From: Rhizobiaceae bacterium
Lineage (GTDB): Bacteria; Pseudomonadota; Alphaproteobacteria; Rhizobiales; Rhizobiaceae
Length of the DNA: 64,000 bases
Assembly (NCBI GenBank): GCA_017643025.1
Contig: JAEPOG010000004.1
Span: forward strand, 480,141 to 544,140
Direction of reading: 5' to 3'
In this document: positions 9,297 through 18,791 of the stretch, in pieces
Layout of the letters: each line of letters opens with the position of its first letter
Numbering within the stretch: position 1 is the first letter of the stretch
Notes under the pieces: generated by a model
Database searches by the model: none
Seen by the model: only the letters and a program-made list of their open reading frames with translations
Told to the model about the DNA's origin: nothing
Position numbers and translations under genes: made by a program

Positions 9297-10373
9297 CTAG
9301 TAGGGGAATGGCCAAAGCCTCAGTTTCTCCTTCGCCAGCCGCCACAGCTGCGCCAGCCCATGCGGTTCGACGATGAGAAAGAAGATGATCAGTCCGCCGA
9401 CGATCATGATCTGAAAATGCGCTGCTAGATCGGTCGGCCAGCCGAGCTGGTTCACCATCAATATCTTCAGCCCAACCGGGAAGAGAATGATGAACGCGGC
9501 GCCGAGGAACGAGCCCAGGATCGAGCCCAGCCCGCCGATGATGACGATGAACAGCGCGGTGAACGACTTGTCGATATTGAACGCTTCGGTGACCTCGGCC
9601 GCCCCGAGATAGATCGAGAAGAACATCGCTCCGCCCATACCGATATAGAAGGAGCTCACGGCAAAGGCGGAGAGCTTGGCGCGGAAGGGAGATACGCCCA
9701 TGATCTCGGCTGCGATATCCATATCGCGCATGGCCATCCAGCTGCGACCGACGCGCCCGCGCGTCAGGTTCTTCGCCACCCATGCGAAAACGAAAACCAG
9801 CGTGAGGCAGGTGAGATAGGTCGCCCAGGGCGCCGCATTGGGTCCGGTGACGGCAATGCCGAAGATCGTGCGCTCCGGTGCGCTGATCTGGCCAGAGGCC
9901 GAGTAGTTATAGAACCAGGCGAACTTGTTGAAGAACCAGACCAGGAAGAACTGCGCCGCCAGTGTCGCAACCGCCAGGTAGAAGCCCTTGATCCTGAGCG
10001 ACGGGAGGCCGAAAAGCACGCCGACCCCGGCCGTGACCAGTCCCGACAGCAGGATGCAGAAGATGATGTTGAGGTCCGGGAAGGCGGTCATGAACTTATA
10101 GCAGGCGAATGCGCCTACAGCCATGAAACCGCCTGTGCCGAGCGACACCTGCCCGCAATAGCCCGTGAGGATGTTCAGCCCAAGCGCGATCATTGCCCAG
10201 ACGAGCAGCGGCACCAGAAGCGACTTCTCCACATAGTCGGTGATGAAGAACGGAACGACAAGGAAGGCGACCGCCATCGCCGCCCAGAACAGGTATCGCT
10301 CCAGCTTGATCGGGAAGGTCTGGAGATCGGCGGCGTAGCTCGTTTTGAAGTCACCTGCTTCGCGGTACAGCAT
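9297..10373 (-). CDS. LivM-like ABC permease
   Basis: LNILTGYCGQVSLG and LRIKGFYLAVATLA motifs; multiple TM helices. Confidence 0.92.
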   Translation of the reverse strand: MLYREAGDFKTSYAADLQTFPIKLERYLFWAAMAVAFLVVPFFITDYVEKSLLVPLLVWAMIALGLNILTGYCGQVSLGTGGFMAVGAFACYKFMTAFPDLNIIFCILLSGLVTAGVGVLFGLPSLRIKGFYLAVATLAAQFFLVWFFNKFAWFYNYSASGQISAPERTIFGIAVTGPNAAPWATYLTCLTLVFVFAWVAKNLTRGRVGRSWMAMRDMDIAAEIMGVSPFRAKLSAFAVSSFYIGMGGAMFFSIYLGAAEVTEAFNIDKSFTALFIVIIGGLGSILGSFLGAAFIILFPVGLKILMVNQLGWPTDLAAHFQIMIVGGLIIFFLIVEPHGLAQLWRLAKEKLRLWPFPY

Positions 10374-10382
10374 GCTCGGACC

Positions 10383-11384
10383 CTAAACCCTCTCGATGAT
10401 GCGCTCGCCGAACAGCCCCTGCGGACGGAACAGCAGGAACACCAGCGCCACAACATAGGCGAACCAGTTTTCGATGGCGCCGCCCACAAGCGGCCCGATG
10501 TAGAGTTCGGCCAGCTTCTCGCCGACGCCGATGATCAGCCCGCCGACAATGGCGCCGGGGATAGACGTGAAGCCGCCGAGGATCAGCACCGGCAGCGCCT
10601 TGAGCGCGATCAGCGACAGCGAGAACTGCACACCCGACTTGGCGCCCCACATGATCCCCGCTACCAGCGCCACGAAGCCGGCGATCGACCACACGACCAC
10701 CCAGATAGTGCGCAGCGAGATGCCGACCGAAAGAGCGGCCTGGTGATCGTCGGCGACGGCGCGCAGCGCGCGCCCGAACTTGGTGTATTGTGAGAAGGCG
10801 ACGAGGGCGGACACGAGCACCAGAGCGACGATCGCGGCGACCACGTCCAGCTTGTCGATATACATGCCGAAATAGCCGGAATCTTCGGGCGCCCAGGTGC
10901 GCGTCACGTCCTCCCACCAGAACGACCCGCCGGACGGAATGCCGACGTCCATCGCCTTGATGTTGGCGCCCCACATCAGGTCGCCGAAACCTTCGAGGAA
11001 ATAGGCCAGCCCGATGGTCGCCATGAACAGGATTATCGGTTCCTGGTTGACCAGGTGCTTCAGCACCAGCCCCTCGAAGAGATAGGCGAAGGCCACCATC
11101 ACGCCGAGCGTGCCAACGATGGCGATGATCGCCGGTAGTTCCCAGCCGAAATGGTGGATCTGCGTGCCGAAGATCGCATTGATGAGGTGCGCAAACGGCA
11201 CCTGTCCGGTCTGCAGCCCGACCAGCGTCAGCGCGGCAAACAGCGCCATCACGCCCTGGGCGAAATTGAAGATGCCCGACGCCTTGAAGATCAATGCGAA
11301 GCCGAGGGCGACGAGCGAGTACATCACGCCGGCCATCAGGCCGTTGAGCACTGTTTCGATGAAATAGAGGAATTCGGGGTTCAT
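10383..11384 (-). CDS. LivH-like ABC permease
   Basis: YSLVALGFALIFKASGIFNFAQG and TKFGRALRAVADD motifs. Confidence 0.92.
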   Translation of the reverse strand: MNPEFLYFIETVLNGLMAGVMYSLVALGFALIFKASGIFNFAQGVMALFAALTLVGLQTGQVPFAHLINAIFGTQIHHFGWELPAIIAIVGTLGVMVAFAYLFEGLVLKHLVNQEPIILFMATIGLAYFLEGFGDLMWGANIKAMDVGIPSGGSFWWEDVTRTWAPEDSGYFGMYIDKLDVVAAIVALVLVSALVAFSQYTKFGRALRAVADDHQAALSVGISLRTIWVVVWSIAGFVALVAGIMWGAKSGVQFSLSLIALKALPVLILGGFTSIPGAIVGGLIIGVGEKLAELYIGPLVGGAIENWFAYVVALVFLLFRPQGLFGERIIERV

Positions 11385-11394
11385 CGCCGGCCCG

Positions 11395-11541
11395 CTAACC
11401 CAACAGGCCGGGGAACAGCCCCAGCACGCCTACGAGGATGAGGTAGATCGCCACCGCGTAGTTGAGGAAGCGCGGCGCGATCAGGATGATGATGCCTGCA
11501 ATCAGGGCGACGAGCGGCAATATCTCGAGCTGAAGCGTCAT
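11395..11541 (-). CDS. Small membrane protein, DUF3096-like (48 aa)
   Basis: MTLQLEILPLVALIAGIIILIAPRFLNYAVAIYLILVGVLGLFPGLLG. Its ATG overlaps the upstream stop (ATGA at 11538-11541). In the track it appears only as the tail of a longer shadow ORF. Confidence 0.75.
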   Translation of the reverse strand: MTLQLEILPLVALIAGIIILIAPRFLNYAVAIYLILVGVLGLFPGLLG

Positions 11542-12395
11542 GCGGTCTGCTGCTCCTCGTCCATCTCGCCATGCGGCACGCCCAGATAGGCGTCGATGAC
11601 GTCCTTGTTCTTGGCGATTTCGTCCGGCTTCCCGTCGCCGATCTTGCGTCCGTAATCGAGCACGACGATGCGGTCGGAAATATCCATCACCACGCCCATA
11701 TCGTGTTCGATCAGCGCTATGGTGGTGCCGAACTGGTTGTTCACGTCGAGGATGAAGCGGCTCATGTCCTCCTTTTCCTCGAGGTTCATGCCGGCCATCG
11801 GCTCGTCGAGCAGCAGCAGAGACGGCTCCGCCGCCAGCGCCCTGCCGAGCTCCACCCGCTTCTGCAGGCCGTAGGGCAGCCGCCCGACCGGCACCTTGCG
11901 GATATGCTCGATTTCGAGGAAATCGATGATCGCCTCTACGGCGCGCCGGTGTTCGATCTCCTCGCGCTCGGCCGGTCCCCACCACAGGCCCTGCCAGAAC
12001 AGGTTGCGCTTCTGCAGCGTGATCCTGCCGGTCATGATGTTGTCGAGCGTCGACATGCCGCGGAACAGCGCGATGTTCTGGAAGGTGCGCGAAATGCCCT
12101 GGCGCGCGGCATCCGTGGTGCGCATCGAATGGCGCGGCACGCCGCGATAGGTGATCGTGCCCTGCTGCGGCGTGTAGAAGCCGTTGATGACGTTGAGCAT
12201 CGACGTCTTGCCGGCGCCGTTCGGGCCTATGATGGCGCGTATCTCGCCCTTCAGAATGTCGAAGGATACGTCGGTGATCGCCTTCACGCCGCCGAAGGCA
12301 AGCGACACGTTCTTGACGTCGAGCAGCACATCGCCCTTGGCAATGCCGTCGTCGCGGGCGCCTGTGAATTCGCTGCGAGCGGGCTGCATGTTCAT
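11538..12395 (-). CDS. LivG-like ABC transporter ATP-binding protein
   Basis: GPNGAGKTS, RTFQNIALF, LPYGLQKRVELGRAL and LDEPMAGM motifs. Confidence 0.92.
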   Translation of the reverse strand: MNMQPARSEFTGARDDGIAKGDVLLDVKNVSLAFGGVKAITDVSFDILKGEIRAIIGPNGAGKTSMLNVINGFYTPQQGTITYRGVPRHSMRTTDAARQGISRTFQNIALFRGMSTLDNIMTGRITLQKRNLFWQGLWWGPAEREEIEHRRAVEAIIDFLEIEHIRKVPVGRLPYGLQKRVELGRALAAEPSLLLLDEPMAGMNLEEKEDMSRFILDVNNQFGTTIALIEHDMGVVMDISDRIVVLDYGRKIGDGKPDEIAKNKDVIDAYLGVPHGEMDEEQQTA

Positions 12396-14392
12396 TCTGC
12401 TGCCTCCCGCATCGGTTCGGCGGCAACGTCATACACCTTGGCGTCGGCAATTTTCACCGTCGCACGCAGCTTGCCCTTGCGGCCGTCCTCATAGGTCACT
12501 TCCGTTTCGACATATTTTTCGGTCGATCCGTCGTAGAGCGCGTCGATGAGCTCGCCGTAGCGATCGCCGATGAAGCCGCGCCGCACCTTCTGCGTGCGGG
12601 TGAGCTCGCCATCATCCGCGTCGAGCTCCTTATGGAGCACCAGGAAGCGCTTGATCTGCGCCCCCGCCATCATCGGCTCCTTGGAGAGCTTCAGGTTGGT
12701 ATCGTCGACATGCGCGGCGATCATCTCGTAGACGCGCGGATGGCTGGCGAGTTCCTGATAAGAGGCATAGGAGATGTTGTTGCGCTCGGCCCAGTTGCCG
12801 ACCGCCGTCAGGTCGATATTGATGAACACCGCGCAGAAGTCGCGATCGTGGCCGAAGGCGACGGCTTCCTTGATATTCGGGAAGAATTTCAGGACGTTCT
12901 CGACATATTTGGGCGAGAACAGCGCTCCCGTATTCAGCCTGCCGACGTCCTTCGCGCGGTCGATGATGCGCAACTGGCCGTCCTTGTCGAAGAAGCCCGC
13001 GTCGCCCGTCTTGACGTATCCGTCCTCGGTCATCGTCTCGGCCGTCTTGGCATCGTCGAGATAATAGCCGCTGAACATGCCGGGCGACTTGAACTGCACC
13101 TCGCCATCCTCGGAGATGCGCACATCGACATTGGGCGCCGCGGGCCCAACGGCGTCGGCGCGCACCGCGCCGTCCTCCTGGCAGGTGACGTAGAGAAACG
13201 CCTCGGTCTGACCGTAGAGCTGCTTGAGATTGATGCCGAGCGAGCGGAAGAAGGAAAACAGATCCTCGCCGATCGCTTCACCCGCTGTGTAGGCAACCCG
13301 AACCTTCGACAAACCAAGCGTGTTTTTCAGCGGGCCGTACACAAACAGCTCGCCCAGGGCATACGAAATTCGCCCCGACAGTGGGACGGGACGCCCCTCT
13401 AGTATGGCTTCGCCATATTTCCGAGCGACGCCGATGTACTTGTTATACAGCCACTTCTTGATGCGCCCCGCATCCTCCATGCGGATCGTCACCATCGTGA
13501 GCAGGCCCTCGAACACGCGCGGTGGGGCGAAGTAGAATGTCGGGCCGATCTCCCTGAGATCCTGCGTGACAGTCTCCGGGCCTTCCGGGCAGTTCACGCA
13601 GAAGCCAGAAACATAGCCCTGTGCGTAGTTGAGATAGTGGTCGCCCACCCAGGCAAGCGGCAGGTACGCGAGCACGCTGTCATGCTCGTTCAGGTGGTCG
13701 AACTTGGCCGTATCGACCGCCGCCTGCACGGCCGCCGCCGCGCCAATGACGACGCCCTTCGAGCGTCCCGTCGTGCCCGATGTGTAGAGCATGATGGAAA
13801 TGTCATCGCCGCTGGCGTCGCGGATGTTCTGTTCCCAGCGCGCTGCGGCGCTGCGGTCCGCCTCCATCTGCCGGCGGCCGGCTTCCTGTACGTTGGCGTA
13901 GGAGATAAGCCGCGAATGATCGTAGTCGCCGAGCCCTCGCTCCTCGTCATAGATAATCATGCCGAGATTGGGGATTTTCTCGGAGAAGGAGAGTATTTTG
14001 TCGACCTGCTCCTGGTCCTGCACGACCGCGAATTTCACGCCTGCGTGATCGAGCACATAGGCGAGTTCTTCGGCTACCGCATCGGCGTAGACAGGAACCG
14101 GAACCGCGCCGAGGCACTGAAGCGCCGCGATCGTCCAGTAGAGGCGTGGCCGGTTGGCGCCAACCACCGCGACGCGCTCGCCATGCGCAACGCCAAGCGT
14201 TTCCAGCCCGATGGAAAGCGCTCGAACCTCTTCGAGCTGTTCCTTCCAGCTCCAGCTCTGCCAGATGCCGAAATCCTTGTGGCGCATGGCCGGCAGGGCG
14301 CCGAAGCGCTCGGCATTGAGCAGCAGATATTTGGGAAACGTGTCGAGCTTCGGCTCGTGTCCAGCCAATGCCTGGTTCCTCCCAGCGGGCAT
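12392..14392 (-). CDS. Long-chain fatty acid-CoA ligase (AMP-binding, FadD-like)
   Basis: YTSGTTGRSKG, YGQTE and KTGDAG motifs. ATG 14392 is preferred over the track start at 14557. Confidence 0.9.
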   Translation of the reverse strand: MPAGRNQALAGHEPKLDTFPKYLLLNAERFGALPAMRHKDFGIWQSWSWKEQLEEVRALSIGLETLGVAHGERVAVVGANRPRLYWTIAALQCLGAVPVPVYADAVAEELAYVLDHAGVKFAVVQDQEQVDKILSFSEKIPNLGMIIYDEERGLGDYDHSRLISYANVQEAGRRQMEADRSAAARWEQNIRDASGDDISIMLYTSGTTGRSKGVVIGAAAAVQAAVDTAKFDHLNEHDSVLAYLPLAWVGDHYLNYAQGYVSGFCVNCPEGPETVTQDLREIGPTFYFAPPRVFEGLLTMVTIRMEDAGRIKKWLYNKYIGVARKYGEAILEGRPVPLSGRISYALGELFVYGPLKNTLGLSKVRVAYTAGEAIGEDLFSFFRSLGINLKQLYGQTEAFLYVTCQEDGAVRADAVGPAAPNVDVRISEDGEVQFKSPGMFSGYYLDDAKTAETMTEDGYVKTGDAGFFDKDGQLRIIDRAKDVGRLNTGALFSPKYVENVLKFFPNIKEAVAFGHDRDFCAVFINIDLTAVGNWAERNNISYASYQELASHPRVYEMIAAHVDDTNLKLSKEPMMAGAQIKRFLVLHKELDADDGELTRTQKVRRGFIGDRYGELIDALYDGSTEKYVETEVTYEDGRKGKLRATVKIADAKVYDVAAEPMREAAE

Positions 14393-14582
14393 GCGCCCGT
14401 AGTTCCCTAACCTCCGTATCGAGCGGAGATTTCTTGTTGTTTCGGCCAAGTTTCCACGAATCGGGGCGTTGTTCAACTCGCCGCTTGACAGACAAGAGGC
14501 CAGACTGTCTCTTAAATGGCCGACATTGTTTGCGCCGTTTGGCGCCGGACCCAGCACACCGCTTCCGCCAAATTGCGAAAAC

Positions 14583-15260
14583 TCAAGCCTCGTAGCGTGC
14601 GAGCTTCGTTCTGTCGAAGACGCGGATGCTGCCTCGTTCGAGCTTCAGCAGACCCTCCGCCTCCAGTTCCTGCAGCGCCCTGTTGACCAGCGGACGTGAC
14701 ACTCCGGCGAGCAGAGCGAGTTCCTCCTGCGTGATCTCGATCTCGCCCCGTGTTCCGGGATAGAGAACCGGGTTGAAAAGCCAGCCGAGATTGCGCGCCA
14801 CGCGTTCCTTGGGCCCCAGTATCCGGTCCTGCTCGATCGTGGCGATGAACTGCCCCATGCGCTCGTTGAGCTGAAGCACAAGGAACCGGTTGAACCCGGT
14901 GGAATTTTCGAACAGCCACATGAATACCGAGCGCGGCATCATCGCCAGCCGCGTGTCGCGGATGGCGACGAGATCGTATTGCCGCGGCTCGTTTTTGATC
15001 AGCGAACCCTCGCCGAACCAGCCGCCATCGCCAACGCCGGCAAACGTCATCGCCTTGCCGGTACGGGAGATCGTGCTGATTTTCACAAGGCCTGTAACGA
15101 CACCGGTCCAGTAGTCGAGCCGGTCCCCGCGATGGCAGATGTAGGCGCCCTTCTGAAAGTGGCGTTCGACAAGCCCGCGGCGGGCGCGTTCGATCTCGTC
15201 CTCGGCAAGTTCGGCGGCCCAGACGGCCGCGCGAACGGCGTCTGCTTCAGTAGCGCCCAT
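14583..15260 (-). CDS. Crp/Fnr family transcriptional regulator
   Basis: cNMP-binding fold (GGWFGEGSL) plus HTH ITQEELALLAGVSRPLVNRALQEL. Confidence 0.92.
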   Translation of the reverse strand: MGATEADAVRAAVWAAELAEDEIERARRGLVERHFQKGAYICHRGDRLDYWTGVVTGLVKISTISRTGKAMTFAGVGDGGWFGEGSLIKNEPRQYDLVAIRDTRLAMMPRSVFMWLFENSTGFNRFLVLQLNERMGQFIATIEQDRILGPKERVARNLGWLFNPVLYPGTRGEIEITQEELALLAGVSRPLVNRALQELEAEGLLKLERGSIRVFDRTKLARYEA

Positions 15261-15349
15261 GGATCCTCGCGGCTGCGGCCCAAGCGCCGCATCAGTCGCT
15301 TATGAACGTGCCGACTGGCGCTTGCAAGGCGACAGGCCAATCACCGGTG

Positions 15350-16141
15350 TCAGGCGGCAGCCTGCACATATTTGGCCGTGGGCAAGATGGTCAGCGGGGC
15401 AAGCTCGCCAGCCCCTTGCTTGCCGAACATCATGTGCTGTTCCCGCTTCGATGCGAAGAAGAAGGGGTACCGCTCGAAGGAGCGCTGGCGGATCGCGTTT
15501 ACGTCAGCACGGTAGAGTTCGACACGCGCGGTTACGCCCGGATAGGGCCTCGCCTCGCCCAGCCGCTCGGACATGTAGATGCGCCGGTAGAACGCCGCAT
15601 GGTCATCGCGGATGGTCGAAAGGCAATAGGGCGCTTCGAAATAGAAGCAGGCCATGCCGGCCAGCCTGAGCGTGATGTACGGAATCTGCGGATATATCTT
15701 CGACCACTCCGGATCGGCGGCGAAGCGGCTCGGATCGATGAAGGTCAGTCCCCGGTCGAGCATCGGATGGACGATGTCGCCGAACGCCTGTGTTGAAGGC
15801 CCGGCCCGGTGCTCGCTGTCGAGGTGATGGATACGCAGCGTGCTGACGAGCTGCTGGTCGACATAGACACCGAAGCGGTAGACGTTGTCCGTTTCGTCCA
15901 GAGGATCACGGATCGCGCCGTCGTGCATGTCGCCGACCACGCCATGGGCGCGATAGGCCTTGTAGCGCAAACGGTAGATGTCCTCGAGGTCTTCGCCCTT
16001 GTCGCAACGCCGGTACTCGGTCCGCTCAAGAACTTCAAAAACGCTCTTGGTGAAAGCAGAATACTCGCCGCGGGCCTGCCCTGAGGCCAAGTCTCGCGAT
16101 CCACTGCCCGCGCCGGGCAACGCCGTCAAACGCGCACTCAT
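15350..16141 (-). CDS. FeeM-like N-acyl amino acid synthase / GNAT-fold acyltransferase
   Basis: EDLEDIYRLRYKAY, D..DE..N...FGVY and FIDPSRFA motifs. Start is uncertain (16141 or 16222). Confidence 0.75.
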   Translation of the reverse strand: MSARLTALPGAGSGSRDLASGQARGEYSAFTKSVFEVLERTEYRRCDKGEDLEDIYRLRYKAYRAHGVVGDMHDGAIRDPLDETDNVYRFGVYVDQQLVSTLRIHHLDSEHRAGPSTQAFGDIVHPMLDRGLTFIDPSRFAADPEWSKIYPQIPYITLRLAGMACFYFEAPYCLSTIRDDHAAFYRRIYMSERLGEARPYPGVTARVELYRADVNAIRQRSFERYPFFFASKREQHMMFGKQGAGELAPLTILPTAKYVQAAA

Positions 16142-16237
16142 AGTCCCAATCCTCGTACTTCCGCCACAACCAGCGTAACTCAACCGGTTATTCAGTAAAG
16201 GCGAAAATACCTTCGATAGCATTTACCTAACGTTAAG

Positions 16238-16254
16238 GTTAACAATCGGTTAAC
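16238..16254 (-). promoter_or_regulatory. CtrA binding site (TTAA-N7-TTAAC)
   Basis: GTTAACCGATTGTTAAC is a perfect full site, with an extra TTAA at 16233-16236, in the AT-rich gap upstream of the FeeM-like gene. Confidence 0.75.
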
Positions 16255-16339
16255 GGCAATTAGGCGATCGCGTAATACGATCTCCCTACCATTCGAGTTT
16301 GCTAATGTAGAGAATTTGCGCGCGGCCGGGTTACTCTGC

Positions 16340-18652
16340 CTACAGCGGAATAACGTTCGAGACCTTGCGCAGTTCCTTGGCGAACGGCCAGGTCACGTTG
16401 GACATCGTCTCGATGCCCGAGGCGGTCAGGGCCGAACCGAACAGGAAGCCCTGCACGAGATCGGGCCGCACATTCGCCGAAAGAACCCGGATCTGGTCGA
16501 AGGTTTCGACGCCCTCCATCGTGACCTGCAGTCCGATGCCGCGCGACAGGCCGACAACACCCTTAAGCAGTTCCAGCGAGCGGGAATTGTGGGTGATGTC
16601 GAGCAGGAAGCTGCGATCGATCTTCACCTTGTCGAGCGGCAGCGTATGCAGGTAGCTCAGGCTCGAATAGCCTGTGCCGAAATCGTCGAGCGCGATCCGT
16701 ACGCCGAGCGACTTGAGCTCGGCCAGGAAATTGCCGGTCGATGACTTGTCGTCGAGCAGCGCCGTTTCGGTGACCTCGATTTCGAGCCGGTGCGCAGCAA
16801 GGCCCGACTTCGCAAGCGCTGCACGCACCTTGTCCACGACCTCGCGGCTATGGAAGTCCTTGGCCGACAGATTGACGGAAACGCCGATCTCCTCAGGCCA
16901 TTTCATGCATTCGCTGGTCGCCTGTTCGAGCACGATCGTGCTGATGTCGGAGATGATGCCCATCTCTTCGGCGAGCGGAATGAAAACAGCCGGAGACACT
17001 GGACCGAGCTCCGGATGATCCCAGCGGCAGAGCGCTTCGCAGCTTGCGATGCGCATGGTCTCCATCGAGACGATCGGCTGATAAACGACACGCAGGTCGC
17101 GCGCCTCCACCGCGCCGCGCAAATCCGACTTCATCATCTGCCGGTTGCGGAAGGCGGCATTCATCTTGGCTTCGAACAACCGCCAGCCGTTCTTGCCCGA
17201 TTCCTTTACTTTGTAGAGCGCCAGATCCGCCTTGACGATCATGTCGTCGACATCGGTGGCGCCGACCGTCGAGATCACCGCACCGGCGCTCATCTGGACC
17301 CGCAATGCATGACCGGCGACGTCGACATAGCCGCTCAGGTCGGCAAAGATGCGGTCGAGCAGCAGCGCAAGCTCTTCTTCCCCACCGATCGAATTGACGA
17401 AGATCATGAACTCGTCGCCGCCGAACCGGCTCACCGTCACGTCGTCGGAGGCGATAGCGGACAGCTTTTCGGCGACAGCGCTGATCAGCCCGTCGCCGAC
17501 GGGATGGCCGAGCGTGTCGTTGATGCTCTTGAAGTCGTCGAGGTCGAACACGGCCAGCGCACAGCTGCGTTCCATGTCGCCGCCCGCGACGAGTTCTGCC
17601 ACGAGTTCGTGGAAATAGGCCCGGTTGGGCAGGTTTGTGAGCGAATCGTAACGCGCCATGTGGCGAATGCGGGCTTCCGCTTCCACGCGCGCTGTCACCT
17701 CCTCGAATGTGATGACGCCAAGCTCGTCATTGCCCGGGCGCGCCGAGAACTCGAAATAGCGGCCATCGGTCAGGCGCAGCTGAAGCTTGCGGTTGCGGCT
17801 TTCCTTGAGCGCCCGCGTCAGCTGGCTCTCGGCATAGCGGCTGTCCTTGAGGCTGATGAGTCCGCCCGCCACCCCGCGCATGAGCACGGCGCGCAGGGAG
17901 CGCCCGAGCAGCTGTCGTGGATCGTCCTTGCGCAGCAGCAGCGTCGCTTCGGCGTTGGCGACCACGACCTTGCCGTCTGGACCCAGCATGACCAGGCCGT
18001 GCGACATGGTGTTGAGCGCGCGGTCGAACCGCTGGGCGAGCTTGTTGGCCTTCTTTTCCTCGAAGACCGCGGCAAACAGCACGTCGCGCACATTGCCGGC
18101 GAAGCGACGGATAGCAAAGAAGAACGGGATCGACAGGAAGCCCAGCAGGACATGGAAAACATCGCCGCGCATGAGGAAGCCGGCGGAAATGGGCATGGTC
18201 AGGAAGAAAATCAGCACCATCACCATGCGCGGCGAACCGTAGTTGCGCCCGGCGATGGATGTAGCGGTGGCCAACGTCACACAGACCGAGGCGATCTCGG
18301 CGAACTGGTCGTGCGCAGCATAAATGCCGGCAAAACAGAACGCGCCCAGCCCAATGGCGTGCGCTGTTCCCCATGCGATGTAGATGTTTTCAAGCCGCCG
18401 CGCGTCTTCGCGCGTCTCAGGCGGTGGCGCTGCATTGACGCGCCGCACGCTCGCAAGGCGCATGGCGCCGATACCCAGTATCGCCGCAGCAATGGCAAGA
18501 TAGATCGGATGGCCCGTCTTGATGAAGACGATGACGGCGAGGAATGACTGTGCCGTGATGCCGACCGCAAGCGTAACGCCGTCGCGAAAGAGCGTGCGAA
18601 CGAACGGTATATAGATGTCGAGCGGCAGCTCGGTGTTAGTTCTTGCCGGCAT
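16340..18652 (-). CDS. Membrane-anchored PAS-GGDEF-EAL diguanylate cyclase/phosphodiesterase
   Basis: About 6 N-terminal TM helices, a PAS-like segment, SRFGGDEF (no RxxD I-site), EALCRW, DDFGTGYSS, EGVE and QG. Confidence 0.93.
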   Translation of the reverse strand: MPARTNTELPLDIYIPFVRTLFRDGVTLAVGITAQSFLAVIVFIKTGHPIYLAIAAAILGIGAMRLASVRRVNAAPPPETREDARRLENIYIAWGTAHAIGLGAFCFAGIYAAHDQFAEIASVCVTLATATSIAGRNYGSPRMVMVLIFFLTMPISAGFLMRGDVFHVLLGFLSIPFFFAIRRFAGNVRDVLFAAVFEEKKANKLAQRFDRALNTMSHGLVMLGPDGKVVVANAEATLLLRKDDPRQLLGRSLRAVLMRGVAGGLISLKDSRYAESQLTRALKESRNRKLQLRLTDGRYFEFSARPGNDELGVITFEEVTARVEAEARIRHMARYDSLTNLPNRAYFHELVAELVAGGDMERSCALAVFDLDDFKSINDTLGHPVGDGLISAVAEKLSAIASDDVTVSRFGGDEFMIFVNSIGGEEELALLLDRIFADLSGYVDVAGHALRVQMSAGAVISTVGATDVDDMIVKADLALYKVKESGKNGWRLFEAKMNAAFRNRQMMKSDLRGAVEARDLRVVYQPIVSMETMRIASCEALCRWDHPELGPVSPAVFIPLAEEMGIISDISTIVLEQATSECMKWPEEIGVSVNLSAKDFHSREVVDKVRAALAKSGLAAHRLEIEVTETALLDDKSSTGNFLAELKSLGVRIALDDFGTGYSSLSYLHTLPLDKVKIDRSFLLDITHNSRSLELLKGVVGLSRGIGLQVTMEGVETFDQIRVLSANVRPDLVQGFLFGSALTASGIETMSNVTWPFAKELRKVSNVIPL

Positions 18653-18685
18653 TGAGCAGTTGTCCCGCCTCCGCCTGAAATATGG

Positions 18686-18700
18686 CAGTGCGGCATTAAG
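18686..18700 (-). promoter_or_regulatory. CtrA-like site (CTAA-N7-TTAA)
   Basis: Minus strand reads CTAAGCCTTTCTTAA, 34 nt upstream of the GGDEF-EAL ATG. Confidence 0.5.
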
Positions 18701-18791
18701 AAAGGCTTAGCCGGGTAGCCGATTGTGATTTCAGCAGCTTGTGCAGGATTTTCCTGTGTTGCCGAGGCCGCCCGAAAATACGGGTAGAGAC

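Noticed and set aside
14393-14557. Extended N-termini given by the ORF track (ligase; also 52798-52869, 57759-57827, 45763-45837 and others)
   Set aside because: The extensions run through promoter-like sequence; downstream ATGs match family starts or signal peptides.
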